DNA from: Bacteroidales bacterium
GTDB taxonomy: Bacteria > Bacteroidota > Bacteroidia > Bacteroidales > UBA12077
NCBI GenBank assembly: GCA_021740225.1
Contig: JAIPAF010000003.1
Coordinates: forward strand, 1 to 37,330
DNA: 37,330 bases
Reading direction: 5' to 3'
How positions within the stretch are numbered: the stretch's first letter is position 1; each line of letters starts with the position of its first letter. A program made the position numbers and the translations under genes. Below are positions 8,467-19,200 of the stretch, one piece after another. A model generated the notes under the pieces. The model was not told where the DNA came from. It worked only from the letters and a program-made list of their open reading frames with translations, and searched no databases.

Positions 8467-10611
8467 CTATTTTTTTTCCAGCATCAGAAAATCGATTTGT
8501 TTCTTTTCCAGATCGGCACGTATCAACTTTACTCTCACCGGATCGCCAAGCTGGTATTTTTTGCCTGTGGTTTGACCGATAATACAATAATTTCTCTCAT
8601 CAAAAATGTAAAAATCATCGTCAAGATCTCTTATATGTACAAGACCCTCGCATTTAGAGTCGTTCAACTCAACAAAAACTCCCCACTCCATCACGCCGGA
8701 GATAATGCCTTCAAAATCCTCGCCAATTCTATCCTTTAAAAATTCTACCTGTTTATATTTGATTGAAGCCCGCTCGGCATTCTCGGCCAGCTTTTCCATA
8801 TCCGACGCATGTTCGCACATATCCTCAAATTTTTTCCTATTGGCGGATTTCCCATCATCTAAATAACGGGCCAGGAGACGATGAACCATCATATCTGGAT
8901 ATCTTCGGATGGGTGAAGTAAAATGGGTATAATAATCAAAAGCCAGACCGTAATGTCCGATGTTTTTAGTTGAATACTCGGCCTTGGCCATACTTCGAAT
9001 GGCAAGGGTTTCGATTACATTCTGTTCTCCTTTTCCTTCTACCTGCTCCAGCAATTCATTAATAGAGCGGGTAATGGTTTTATTGTCTTTCATATTGATC
9101 GAATAACCGAATTTTTGAACGAACTCTGCAAATGTTTCGAGTTTATCTTTATCCGGGCTGGCGTGTATTCGGTATACAAAGGTTTTGGGCTTTTTGTCCT
9201 GAGGTACATTGCCAATATATTCAGCCACCTTTCTGTTTGCCAAAAGCATAAATTCTTCGATCAGTTCATTGGACTCGCTGTGTTCCTTGAAATATACACC
9301 GGTAGGCGATCCTATTTCATCAAGCAGAAATTTCACCTCCACCCTTTCAAATGCGATGGATCCATGCTTAAAGCGCTCTTTTCTCATCTTTTGGGCAAGC
9401 TCATTCAGTTTGAGCATCTCTTCCTTATACTCCTCTCTTTGATGATCGATAATTTCCTGGGCTTCCTGATAATTAAACCGCCGGTTGGATTTGATGATGG
9501 TTTTACCGAACCACCGATCATGCACCCTGGCTTTATCATCCATTTTGAATACCGCAGAAAAACAAAGCTTTTCCTCGTTCGGACGTAAAGAACACACATT
9601 ATTGGACAACTTTTCCGGCAACATGGGCACCACCCGATCGACCAGATATACCGAAGTTCCCCTCTCATAAGCTTCCTGATCGATAATGGTATTCGGCGTT
9701 ATATAGTGAGTGACATCGGCAATGTGGACACCTACTTCCCACATTCCGTTATTTAATTTCCTCACAGATAAGGCATCATCGAAATCTTTGGCATCTTCCG
9801 GATCAATGGTGAAAGTACACACATTCCGAAAATCCCTTCTCGAATTATATTCCTCATCCGGAATATGATCCGGGATATTTTCAGCAGCATTTTTTACTTT
9901 TCCCGAAAAATCATAAGGAAGATCAAACTCGGCAAGAATGGCATGCATCTCCACCTCATTATTCCCCGGATCTCCCAATACTTCCACTATCTCGCCAAAA
10001 GGATTATTAACTTTCTCCGGCCAATCGGTAATCCGGGCTATGGCTTTCTGGCCATTCCTTGCATCTTTTGACTTTTTCAGGGGAATAAAAATGTCATAAG
10101 GCACTTTTCTGCTGGCGGTAACAAGAAAAGCAAAATTTTTGGAACGCGATACGGTGCCGACAAACTGGGTTCTGGCCCTCTCAAGAATTTTGACTACTTC
10201 ACCTTCCAAAGCTTTATTCTTGTGGTAGGCAAACAAACGCACCCGAACCCGGTCACCAGGCAAAGCATGATGCAGATTCCTTCCAAAAATATATACCTCC
10301 TGATCAATGCCTTCCGAAACCAGATAGCCCACTCCTTCAGAAGTAAATTCAATTCTTCCTTCAAGAATGCTCGTTTTTAACTTGATCTGATATTTGCCTT
10401 TTTTTACTTCCTCCAGATAATCCGTACGCTCCAGCTCAGCCAGGGTATCCATTACCAGCCTCCTTTTATGCTTATTTTTTATATTCAACTGGCTGGAGAT
10501 CTGCTTATAGTTATATGATTTCGTAGGATGGCGATTGAAAAAATCAAGTATATCCTCTTCCAATCTTTTCTTCAATTTGGCTTTCGACCGGTTCTTTTTC
10601 TTTTTTCCCAT
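8467..10611 (-). CDS. rnr: Ribonuclease R
   Basis: RNB motifs TIDPEDAKDFDDALS, RGTSVYL..RVVPMLP, LIEEFMLLAN, HFTSPIRRYPD; C-terminal S1 domain. Confidence 0.96.
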   Translation of the reverse strand: MGKKKKNRSKAKLKKRLEEDILDFFNRHPTKSYNYKQISSQLNIKNKHKRRLVMDTLAELERTDYLEEVKKGKYQIKLKTSILEGRIEFTSEGVGYLVSEGIDQEVYIFGRNLHHALPGDRVRVRLFAYHKNKALEGEVVKILERARTQFVGTVSRSKNFAFLVTASRKVPYDIFIPLKKSKDARNGQKAIARITDWPEKVNNPFGEIVEVLGDPGNNEVEMHAILAEFDLPYDFSGKVKNAAENIPDHIPDEEYNSRRDFRNVCTFTIDPEDAKDFDDALSVRKLNNGMWEVGVHIADVTHYITPNTIIDQEAYERGTSVYLVDRVVPMLPEKLSNNVCSLRPNEEKLCFSAVFKMDDKARVHDRWFGKTIIKSNRRFNYQEAQEIIDHQREEYKEEMLKLNELAQKMRKERFKHGSIAFERVEVKFLLDEIGSPTGVYFKEHSESNELIEEFMLLANRKVAEYIGNVPQDKKPKTFVYRIHASPDKDKLETFAEFVQKFGYSINMKDNKTITRSINELLEQVEGKGEQNVIETLAIRSMAKAEYSTKNIGHYGLAFDYYTHFTSPIRRYPDMMVHRLLARYLDDGKSANRKKFEDMCEHASDMEKLAENAERASIKYKQVEFLKDRIGEDFEGIISGVMEWGVFVELNDSKCEGLVHIRDLDDDFYIFDERNYCIIGQTTGKKYQLGDPVRVKLIRADLEKKQIDFLMLEKK

Positions 10612-10722
10612 TAAGATTACTATTGATTTTGAATGTTAAAATTACTCTAATTTTATTTGATCCCCCCTGATGCAATCAGTTATTTATAAATAAAAAACGA
10701 ATCAGAGATCAGGGTATTTTGA

Positions 10723-11724
10723 TTATATATCCAGAGAATTCACAGTATCTGCTATGGTTTGATGTAAAGGAATGAATTGATGGTTTAATCTATTCTTTAC
10801 CTTATCATTGGAAAATCTTACCCTTCTGTGCGCAGATTGGTGCAGCTCCTTTGTGATCCTGGGTTTTTGCAGTAAAAGCTTGCTTCGGAAGCGTTCAAGT
10901 TTCCATGCGATATCGGTGACAAACGGTTTGAGCTCCCGGCGTGGCATTTTGCTCTGAAATGCTTCTGCGATCAGTTGAAAAAGCTCTTTATAGGTATGAT
11001 TTCCTTCGGAGACAATAAAACGCTCATTCATGATGTCTCTTTGCATCAGGTTTATCAGAATACCGCATACATCCCTTACATCGACAAAACCAGTCATACC
11101 GCCCGGATAAAAACCAATGCCCTTTTTAATCACTTTAAAAAAATTGCCGGGTCCTTTCAAAGGAATGCAAGGACCCAGCACAATAGAGGGGTTCACCACC
11201 ACAGCATTCAATCCTTCTTCAACCCCGCGCCACACCTCCAGCTCCGAATGAAACTTGCTTTCAGCATAATTGGAATACCGCTGGGGAAAGTTGCCGAAAA
11301 ATTCTTCCGTGACCACCTGATCTTCTCTAGCCGGATCAAGGGCTGCGACAGAACTTATGCAGGCCAGTTTCCCTACCCCGTTTTGAAGGGCGGCGTTCAC
11401 CACATTCGCGGTTCCTACTATGTTAATGTCGAACATCTTATACTTATCTGCCGGGTCAAAAGATACCATGGCCGCACCATGATAGACCTCATCCGCCCGG
11501 CGCATCACCTCCAGGAGCGTATCATATTCCGTGATGTCTCCGTCAACCCAGTCAATCTTCCTGAAATGGGTTTCATAATCCCGCGTATAGAATCTAAATA
11601 CACATTTTACATATTGCAGATCGCTCGAAGAACGCTTCAAAGCCACCACCTTATTGCCCCCGTTAATTAAATGATAAAGTAAATGGCTTCCTATAAACCC
11701 CGTTGCACCGGTTACAAACACCAT
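10723..11724 (-). CDS. NAD-dependent epimerase/dehydratase (extended SDR, dihydroflavonol reductase-like)
   Basis: VTGATGFIGSHL, GDI, H.AA.VSF, YAESK (YxxxK), VNPSIVLG, VDVRDV. Confidence 0.9.
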   Translation of the reverse strand: MVFVTGATGFIGSHLLYHLINGGNKVVALKRSSSDLQYVKCVFRFYTRDYETHFRKIDWVDGDITEYDTLLEVMRRADEVYHGAAMVSFDPADKYKMFDINIVGTANVVNAALQNGVGKLACISSVAALDPAREDQVVTEEFFGNFPQRYSNYAESKFHSELEVWRGVEEGLNAVVVNPSIVLGPCIPLKGPGNFFKVIKKGIGFYPGGMTGFVDVRDVCGILINLMQRDIMNERFIVSEGNHTYKELFQLIAEAFQSKMPRRELKPFVTDIAWKLERFRSKLLLQKPRITKELHQSAHRRVRFSNDKVKNRLNHQFIPLHQTIADTVNSLDI

Positions 11725-11779
11725 ATCTACTGCTTTATAAATTTCTATCCGCTTTTGATAAACTTATATACAAAAGAGT

Positions 11780-11787
11780 CAAAATTA
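11780..11787 (-). promoter_or_regulatory. Candidate -7 promoter element for the epimerase gene
   Basis: CAAAATTA = TAATTTTG on the minus strand, about 55 nt upstream of ATG 11724. Confidence 0.4.
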
Positions 11788-11977
11788 AATTCACTGAAAA
11801 ACAAAGAGGATTTTATTGACTGATTACTATAAGGTTCTTGCCAAATATGCAATTTAATTTCACAATAAACAACAAATAATTTCTAAATTCGCAAGAGAAA
11901 TCCACGGGTAAATTTTTATTAAAACAAGTGACTTTACGACATACAAAACCTTTTTAGTAACCCATAAATAAAGATCT

Positions 11978-12586
11978 ATGTTTTCAGGAATCGTTGAAGA
12001 AGCTGCCCCGGTAGTAAATATGGAAAAGGAAGGCGGAAACCTTCACATCACCATGGAATGTTCATTTGCCGATGCCCTTAGTATAGACCAAAGTGTTTCC
12101 CACAATGGCGTATGCCTTACGGTGGTAGAAGTTAACCCCGGGAAAAAAAATTTCACAGTAACAGCTGTAAAGGAAACCCTGGATAAATCGAACCTGGGCC
12201 TCCTGAAAATCGGTGATAAAGTAAACCTCGAAAGAAGTATGAAAGCCGACAGTTTTCTCGACGGCCATATTGTTCAGGGTCATGTAGATCAAACCGCCAG
12301 ATGCACTGAAGTAAGAGAGACAGAGGGAAGCTGGTATTTCAGATTCGAGTATGATCCCACCCAGGAAGATTATATAACCGTTGAGAAAGGATCGATTTCC
12401 ATAAACGGGGTGAGTATGACCGTTGTAAATTCAAAGGACACCTCTTTTGAAGTTGCTGTCATCCCCTACACTTATAATATAACGAATTTTCACCAAATCA
12501 AAGCGGGAACCATTGTCAACCTCGAATTTGATGTAATCGGAAAATATGTAGCCAGGATTGTCAGGCAACAATTGGGTAAGGAATGA
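11978..12586 (+). CDS. ribE: Riboflavin synthase (alpha chain)
   Basis: MFSGIVE, NGVCLTV, VNLER, GHIVQGHVD, KGSISINGVSMTV, VNLEFD..GKYV. Confidence 0.95.
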   Translation: MFSGIVEEAAPVVNMEKEGGNLHITMECSFADALSIDQSVSHNGVCLTVVEVNPGKKNFTVTAVKETLDKSNLGLLKIGDKVNLERSMKADSFLDGHIVQGHVDQTARCTEVRETEGSWYFRFEYDPTQEDYITVEKGSISINGVSMTVVNSKDTSFEVAVIPYTYNITNFHQIKAGTIVNLEFDVIGKYVARIVRQQLGKE

Positions 12587-12673
12587 TATCAAAACATGAA
12601 AAAACAGGTGAATATCATAAAATTATTGCCAATCCGTTTTACCGGTTAATATAATAACATTCAATCGTCAATT

Positions 12674-13723
12674 ATGATGACCTCTTCACCCAAACAAATG
12701 GCTGTGAATATCTCCCTGATATCTGCCTTTATTTCAGCGGTAGTATTGCTGTTGCTGTTTTTCTCCGACCAGGCCACCGAGTTGCTCCCTGTGATCTTTG
12801 GGATACTTTTCATTTTTATTGCGGTATACATAGTGGTTTACTACATGCTAAACAGTTTTATATTTGAAAAGATCAATCCCATATACAAGACCATCCATCA
12901 AAAGAACATCCCGGAAAAAGATTTGAGGCGGGATCTTGAAGAGAAAGACATCATCCGCGAAGTAAATGATGAAGTAATCAACTGGGCAAGAAACAAGACA
13001 CGAGAAATTGCTCAGCTTAAGCAAATGGCCAGGTACAGGAAAGAATTTCTCGGCAATGTATCGCATGAGCTTAAAACTCCCATCTTTACCATACAGGGCT
13101 ACGTGCTTACCCTTCTGGACGGCGCTATCGATGATCCGGAGATCAATAAAAAATACCTGAAAAAGGCTGAAAAAAACATCAACCGGATGATCTCCATAGT
13201 AGAAGATCTGGAAGCGATCACCAAGTTAGAATCCGGGGAGCTTACCCTCAATTACGAAACTTTTGACATTGTATCCTTAATGAAAGATGTGTTTGAAACC
13301 CAGGAATTAAAAGCAAAAGAAAAAGATACCAGGCTGACCTTTGACTCCAAATACGACAAGCCGATAAAAGTTTATGCCGACAAGGAAAGGATCTTTCAAT
13401 TGGCATCCAATCTGATCGTCAATTCCATCAACTATGGAAAAAACAATGGAAAAACTACGGTATCGTTCATGGATATGGGGGACAACATCCTCATTGAAGT
13501 GACTGACAATGGTTTGGGTATCGAACAGAAAGACATCCCAAGGATCTTTGAGAGGTTTTACCGGGTGGATAAGAGTCGATCCCGTGAACAAGGCGGAACG
13601 GGCCTTGGCTTGGCTATTGTAAAACACGTGATCGAAGCCCACAACCAAACCATTAATGTCAGAAGTACCCCGGGTAAAGGAAGCTCTTTTGCCTTCACCC
13701 TGAGCAAGGCAAAAAAGAAATAA
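12674..13723 (+). CDS. Two-component sensor histidine kinase, PhoR-like
   Basis: Two N-terminal TM helices; H-box FLGNVSHELKTP; N-box NLIVNSINYG; DNGLGI; FERFYRVDKSRSREQGGTGLGLAIVKH. Confidence 0.9.
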   Translation: MMTSSPKQMAVNISLISAFISAVVLLLLFFSDQATELLPVIFGILFIFIAVYIVVYYMLNSFIFEKINPIYKTIHQKNIPEKDLRRDLEEKDIIREVNDEVINWARNKTREIAQLKQMARYRKEFLGNVSHELKTPIFTIQGYVLTLLDGAIDDPEINKKYLKKAEKNINRMISIVEDLEAITKLESGELTLNYETFDIVSLMKDVFETQELKAKEKDTRLTFDSKYDKPIKVYADKERIFQLASNLIVNSINYGKNNGKTTVSFMDMGDNILIEVTDNGLGIEQKDIPRIFERFYRVDKSRSREQGGTGLGLAIVKHVIEAHNQTINVRSTPGKGSSFAFTLSKAKKK

Positions 13724-13807
13724 CCGGCAATTTCTTTTAGAAAACAAGATATTGCTTTAAGGTATAGAGCACAAGTCTTTTTGATCCATTCATGACATCA
13801 TCTGAAT

Positions 13808-14968
13808 ATGAACATACTGATCGCATCGGATTCCTTTAAGCACAGCCTCTCTTCATACGAAGCAGGCAAAAACTTAGCCGGAGGAATAAAAAAAATATTA
13901 CAGGAAGCTGAAATGATCGTATCACCGATAGCTGACGGAGGAGAAGGAACCGTTCAGGCTCTGACGGATGCCATCGGAGGGAAACAGATTGAAACGCAGG
14001 TACATGATCCATTGATGCGAAAGATCACAGCTTCTTTCGGTATTCTAGGGGACGGCGTAACGGCGGTAATCGAAATGGCGAGCGCATCAGGCATCGAGCT
14101 ACTGACTCCGGAAGAGCGGAATCCCCTTCACACCACTACCTATGGTACGGGTGAACTGATCAAAGCTGCACTGGATCACAATTGTTCAAGGATCATACTG
14201 GGGATTGGCGGCAGTGCAACCATCGACGCGGGAGCAGGCTTACTGGCAGCACTGGGAGCAAAATTCCCCGGTTCAGGTAAAGAAACCATTCTCCCTACGG
14301 GGGGAAACCTGAATCAAATACATACTATAGACATCAACGAGCTGGATCACCGGCTGCAGAGCACACACCTCCGGATCGGGACAGATGTAGACAATCCACT
14401 TACAGGTGAAAGGGGTGCTGCTGCCGTATACGGCCCCCAAAAAGGGGCCGGTCCGCAAGATGTCAAAAAGCTGGAACAAAACTTAAACAAGTATGCTGAT
14501 CTGCTGAATGGTTTCACCGGAAAACAATTTCATACGCTGCCCGGAGCCGGCTCAGCCGGAGGACTGGCCATCAGCCTAATGGCCTTTGCTAATGCAGGTA
14601 TGGAAAGCGGATTTGACCTTATAGCAGAAGAAACCGGTCTGGAAGCACGCGTTAAACACGCAGACCTGGTCATCACCGGAGAAGGCAAGATCGACAGGCA
14701 GACCGCTTACGGCAAAACCGCCTGCGGAGTCGCCCGACTGGCTATAAAATATAACAAACCTCTGATAGCTGTGGCAGGTACGGTGGGCAACGGAACCGAT
14801 GAGTTATACAACATGGGATTTGATCTGATTCTTCCCATTATTGAAAGCCCTGTTAATCTGGAGACCTCACTCCGCGAAGCTCCAAATCTCTTGGAAAATA
14901 CAGGTATGAGAATTGGCAGGATCCTGAAGCTAAATGACAGGTTTATGAAGAAGGACTCCTCAAGTTGA
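13808..14968 (+). CDS. glxK: Glycerate kinase (GlxK/GarK family)
   Basis: DSFKHSLS, PIADGGEGT, IEMASASG, GIGGSAT.DAG, NPLTG..GAA.VYGPQKGA, TGEGKID.QT..GK. Confidence 0.93.
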   Translation: MNILIASDSFKHSLSSYEAGKNLAGGIKKILQEAEMIVSPIADGGEGTVQALTDAIGGKQIETQVHDPLMRKITASFGILGDGVTAVIEMASASGIELLTPEERNPLHTTTYGTGELIKAALDHNCSRIILGIGGSATIDAGAGLLAALGAKFPGSGKETILPTGGNLNQIHTIDINELDHRLQSTHLRIGTDVDNPLTGERGAAAVYGPQKGAGPQDVKKLEQNLNKYADLLNGFTGKQFHTLPGAGSAGGLAISLMAFANAGMESGFDLIAEETGLEARVKHADLVITGEGKIDRQTAYGKTACGVARLAIKYNKPLIAVAGTVGNGTDELYNMGFDLILPIIESPVNLETSLREAPNLLENTGMRIGRILKLNDRFMKKDSSS

Positions 14969-15181
14969 ACAATGGATGGGTCGACTGAACAGTGAAGAGC
15001 CAAAACTGGATAATAATTGGGCAATTTAAATCAAATGATTTTCAGGTCTAGCGTTTTTTGTTTTTTTTGGGTAATGAAAAAAAGTAAAATATAATTTACC
15101 CTTAATTATAATTTTGTTTGCAGCTAAAGCTGCGGTAAGAATAAACCGGGTTAAGCAGTTGCAAAAAAAATTTCTTCTCTT

Positions 15182-15210
15182 TGTAATAAATCAAAAATTT
15201 TTGTGTCTAA
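15182..15210 (+). promoter_or_regulatory. Candidate ECF-sigma promoter of the export operon
   Basis: TGTAAT-N17-GTCTAA, resembling the ECF -35 (tGtAAc) / -10 (GTCtaa) pattern; a housekeeping-type TAATTTTG also lies at 15109-15116. Confidence 0.4.
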
Positions 15211-15313
15211 CCTTTAATAGATGATACAATATTAGCCGGGCTTTAAATCTAAAAAAGTTAGAGTAAATCTCCCAAAAGTTTTTTATTTATTATTACATTT
15301 TAAAATTAATTCG

Positions 15314-16213
15314 GTGGAAATTCACATTGATCAGTTAAACAAGGTTTATAACAAGGATTTTTATGCCCTGAAAGACGTTTCGTTGTCTATTGGCAACGGG
15401 ATGTTTGGCCTTCTTGGTCCCAACGGGGCCGGCAAATCCACTTTGATGCGAATCCTGGTAACTCTCATGAAGCCCACTAGCGGCAAGATTACTGTTGACG
15501 GAAAAAATATCCACAAACACCGAAAAGAAATTCGTAAGATGATCGGATACCTTCCCCAGGATTTTCGATTTTTCTCAAAACTGAAAACATGGGAATTTTT
15601 GGATTATTCTGCTGCCTTATCGGGGATGACCAACAATAAGCAGCGCAAAGAAGCGGTTGATCAAATGCTTGAAGATGTTGGGCTTTTTGATGCCCGCGAC
15701 CGACAGGCAGGAAAGCTTTCGGGCGGAATGAAACGCAGGCTTGGAATTGCCCAGGCCCTCATCAACGATCCCAAACTGATCGTGGTCGATGAGCCTACAA
15801 CCGGTCTTGATCCGGACGAACGGATTCGCTTCCGTAATCTGTTGTCGAAAATATCCGGAGAAGAACGAGTAATCATTCTTTCCACCCATATCGTTGCAGA
15901 CATTTCCAGTACCTGCAACCAAATGGCACTACTCAGTCAGGGAGAAGTTGCCTTTCAAGGAACTCCCGAAGATATTACGGAAAAGGCCCGTGGCAGTGTA
16001 TGGAAGGTAATCCTTACCACCAGGGAGCTGGAAAAGGTAAAAGAGGAATACCCGGTTATCTCTACGGTCATGATGGAAAAAGGATGGGAAGTGATTCTGG
16101 TGGCCGATGACCTCCAAGGCTATCCAGGTGAAAAGATAGAGCCCGACCTGGAACATGCCTACGTATACTTTATGGATAAAGAATTAAACGAATTCATGGT
16201 TAGTGAATATTAA
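15314..16213 (+). CDS. ABC transporter ATP-binding protein (DrrA/CcmA-like exporter type)
   Basis: GTG start; Walker A GPNGAGKST, Q-loop GYLPQ, signature LSGGM, Walker B VVDEPT, H-loop LSTH. Confidence 0.93.
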   Translation: MEIHIDQLNKVYNKDFYALKDVSLSIGNGMFGLLGPNGAGKSTLMRILVTLMKPTSGKITVDGKNIHKHRKEIRKMIGYLPQDFRFFSKLKTWEFLDYSAALSGMTNNKQRKEAVDQMLEDVGLFDARDRQAGKLSGGMKRRLGIAQALINDPKLIVVDEPTTGLDPDERIRFRNLLSKISGEERVIILSTHIVADISSTCNQMALLSQGEVAFQGTPEDITEKARGSVWKVILTTRELEKVKEEYPVISTVMMEKGWEVILVADDLQGYPGEKIEPDLEHAYVYFMDKELNEFMVSEY

Positions 16214-16224
16214 TCAATAAAACA

Positions 16225-19200
16225 ATGTTTTCTTTCAAAAATTTTAATACGGTTGCCCGGTTTGAGTCCAAAACACTCATGCGGAGCTGGTTCTTGCGTA
16301 TTTTTGCAATCATTGCCTTTATCGTACTGATCTTTTTTAATATCCTCGTTTCGCAGCAGGATTTTTCCCCCAGAGTGCTCAGAGGATTACCCACCAATAT
16401 TCCCTACGCATCCCTGTTGATATTTAATGTTATTCAGGCTGTTATAGCTGTTTTCCTTGCAACTGATTTTATGAAAAGGGATAAAAAACAGGATACAACA
16501 GAAGTAATTTACGTACGCTCACTTTCCAATGCAGAATATATTTGGGGCAAAGTATTTGGAAATTTAAAGGTTTTTCTCGGCCTGAATGTGCTTATCCTGC
16601 TTATTCCACTCATATTCACTCTGGTTACCCAGGATATGACACTAAACCTGTTGGGTTACGGCTTATATTTTCTTTTAATTTCACTGCCCACATTATTATT
16701 CATTTTTGGATTATCATTCTTTCTGATGGCATGGCTGAGGAACCAGGCTATCGTATTGCTTGTGCTGTTGGGCTACATTGCCTTAACCCTGTTTTATCTG
16801 GACGATAAGCTCTACTACATCTTTGATTACATGTCATTCAACATTCCCATGATATGGTCGGAATTTATTGGTCTGGCGGATTCTTCCCGTATTATAATGC
16901 ACAGGGCATTATACGTTTCACTGGGAATTGCAATGGTTTTCCTTACGGTTCTTTTAATGAAACGCCTTCGTCAGTCCAATTCGGCTTACTGGATTTCATG
17001 GACCGGCGGGATTCTATTCCTGGGAATTGCTGTATTCCTTGCTGCAAATCATATCGAAAAGGAGACTTCTATGCGCCAATTCCGGAACAAGTTGATCGCC
17101 CTGAATGATCAGTATCTTCAGAATAATTTGCCGAGGGTTCGGGAATATGATCTTGATCTTGTCCACAAAGGAGATAAGGTTCAGATGGTGGCTGAAATGG
17201 AAGTGCTCAATCCCACCGGCGAAAAGCTCGACTCTCTTATTTTCAGCTTAAACCCAGGATTTAAACTGAACAGATGTACCATTGATGGTCAAGAAAACGG
17301 ATACAGAAAAGACCATCATTTGGTTATTATCGATAAAACTTTGAAGCCCGGGGATTCAACTAATATCACTCTACATTATGCCGGCCGGCCAGATGAAAGG
17401 GTATGCTATCTGGATGTTCCAAACCGGCTTCTGTTCAGAGGCGAACATATGATCTTGTTCAGAATGCCTAAAAAATTCAGCTTCACTACTCCCGGTTATC
17501 TGATGTTTACACCGGAACTTTTATGGTATCCTGTAGCGGGAACTGGGTTCTCAACCAAAAATGTAGCGGGTTTCCGAAAGAATTTTGCAGAATATCAATT
17601 GACAGTAGAACCTGCCAAAAATATGACGGTACTCAGTCAGGGGAAAGCCGAAAGGGAAAACGAAAAATGGGTCTTTGAACCCGGAAAACCTATGACATGC
17701 ATGTCGGTTATTGCCGGAAAATACCAGCGGGATTCCCTTACGGTAGATAACATAACCTACAACATCTATCATAAAGCCGGTCATGACATATACAATCCCT
17801 TCTTTAACGATATCCGGGATACCATCCCATCGATCATTAAAACTGTAATGGGGAATTATGAGTCGGATCTGCATCTGGAATATCCCTTTGAAAATTTTTC
17901 CATTATTGAAGTACCGGCTCAATTTCATGCCTATAAGAAGAATTTCACCCTTGCCAATGAAGCTACTTTACCCCAAATGGTATTGATGAAGGAACGTGCA
18001 TTCTCTTTAGACGGTGCTGATTTTCCCCGGTCTTTAAGAAGAAGGCTAACACGGAGTGATAGGGATCGTTCGGCTGAGGATATAAAAGCCGAATTGTTCA
18101 GGCAATTCATTCAGTCCAACTTTATCGAAGGTGAGGATTTTCGCAGGGGGTGGTTCAGAGCCGAGGACATCAGTGGCAACACAAAAATATTCCCCAATTT
18201 TATTTCCTATACCAATGATTTTGGAGTTAAGGAACTTCCCGTGATGAATCCGGTCCTTGAGCGATACATAGAAAGTCGCAGCACAGAAGAGGACAGGAGC
18301 AGATTCTTAGGTAACGACGGAGTGGGAGAAGAAGAGAGAGCAAATCTTCTGTTGAAGAATAATTCATTCGCCGAGTTGATGAGCGATACAGCCCATTTTG
18401 TCCGTCTCAGTGATGTAATCGATATCAAAGGGAGTTACTTTATTGATCTGATGAAGCATTTCTCAGGAAATTTCGACTTCGATCCGGTGCTTGACAGCTT
18501 TATTGTAGCTTCGCGCTATCAAAACAACACCGGTGAGATATTCCTGGATTACATGAAAAACAGATATAATGTAAACACAGAAAAGTATATGAACGACTGG
18601 CTATATTCCAAACAGTTGCCTGCATTTGAATTCACCGATATGGATGCTTACTCTTATTATGAAAAGGAGCGGCCCAGGTATCAGGCAGAAATTACCATCA
18701 CAAATACAGGCAAAGGTTTGGGTATCGTAAATTTGAACATGCGTATAGGACGACGGAGAAACAGCAGTTTGTCGGAAGAAAAGACGGTCATCCTGGATCC
18801 GGGGCAAAGCAAAAGAATCGGATTGTCTGTGGGTGAAGAACCCTCCATGTTAATTGTCAATACGCTTGTCTCTTCCAATTTGCCTTCCACCCTGAATTTT
18901 CCTTTGCAGGATATTAAAGAAGACAAGGATGCCAATGGCGGTGAATTTATCCGGGAGGTGGAACCGCCTTCCTCCGGGGATGAAGCCATTATAGTAGACA
19001 ATGAGGATCCTTCGTTCCGTGTCTTAGTCCCTGAAAAAGCTATAAAGCTGAGGGACCTTATTCAAAACAACCAAAGCCGGGAAGAATATACAGGGGTAAA
19101 TCCCTGGCGTCCACCGGAAGAATGGCAAAAAGCCATCCACAGCAAGTTTTACGGAGAGGTCAAATTATCGGCCAATTATGTCAGAGCCGGTAATGGAGAA

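Noticed and set aside
10975-11670. 231-aa ORF on +
   Set aside because: Fully antisense to the well-supported epimerase, with no recognisable motifs
11725-11977. FMN riboswitch upstream of ribE
   Set aside because: AT-rich leader lacking the conserved RFN elements
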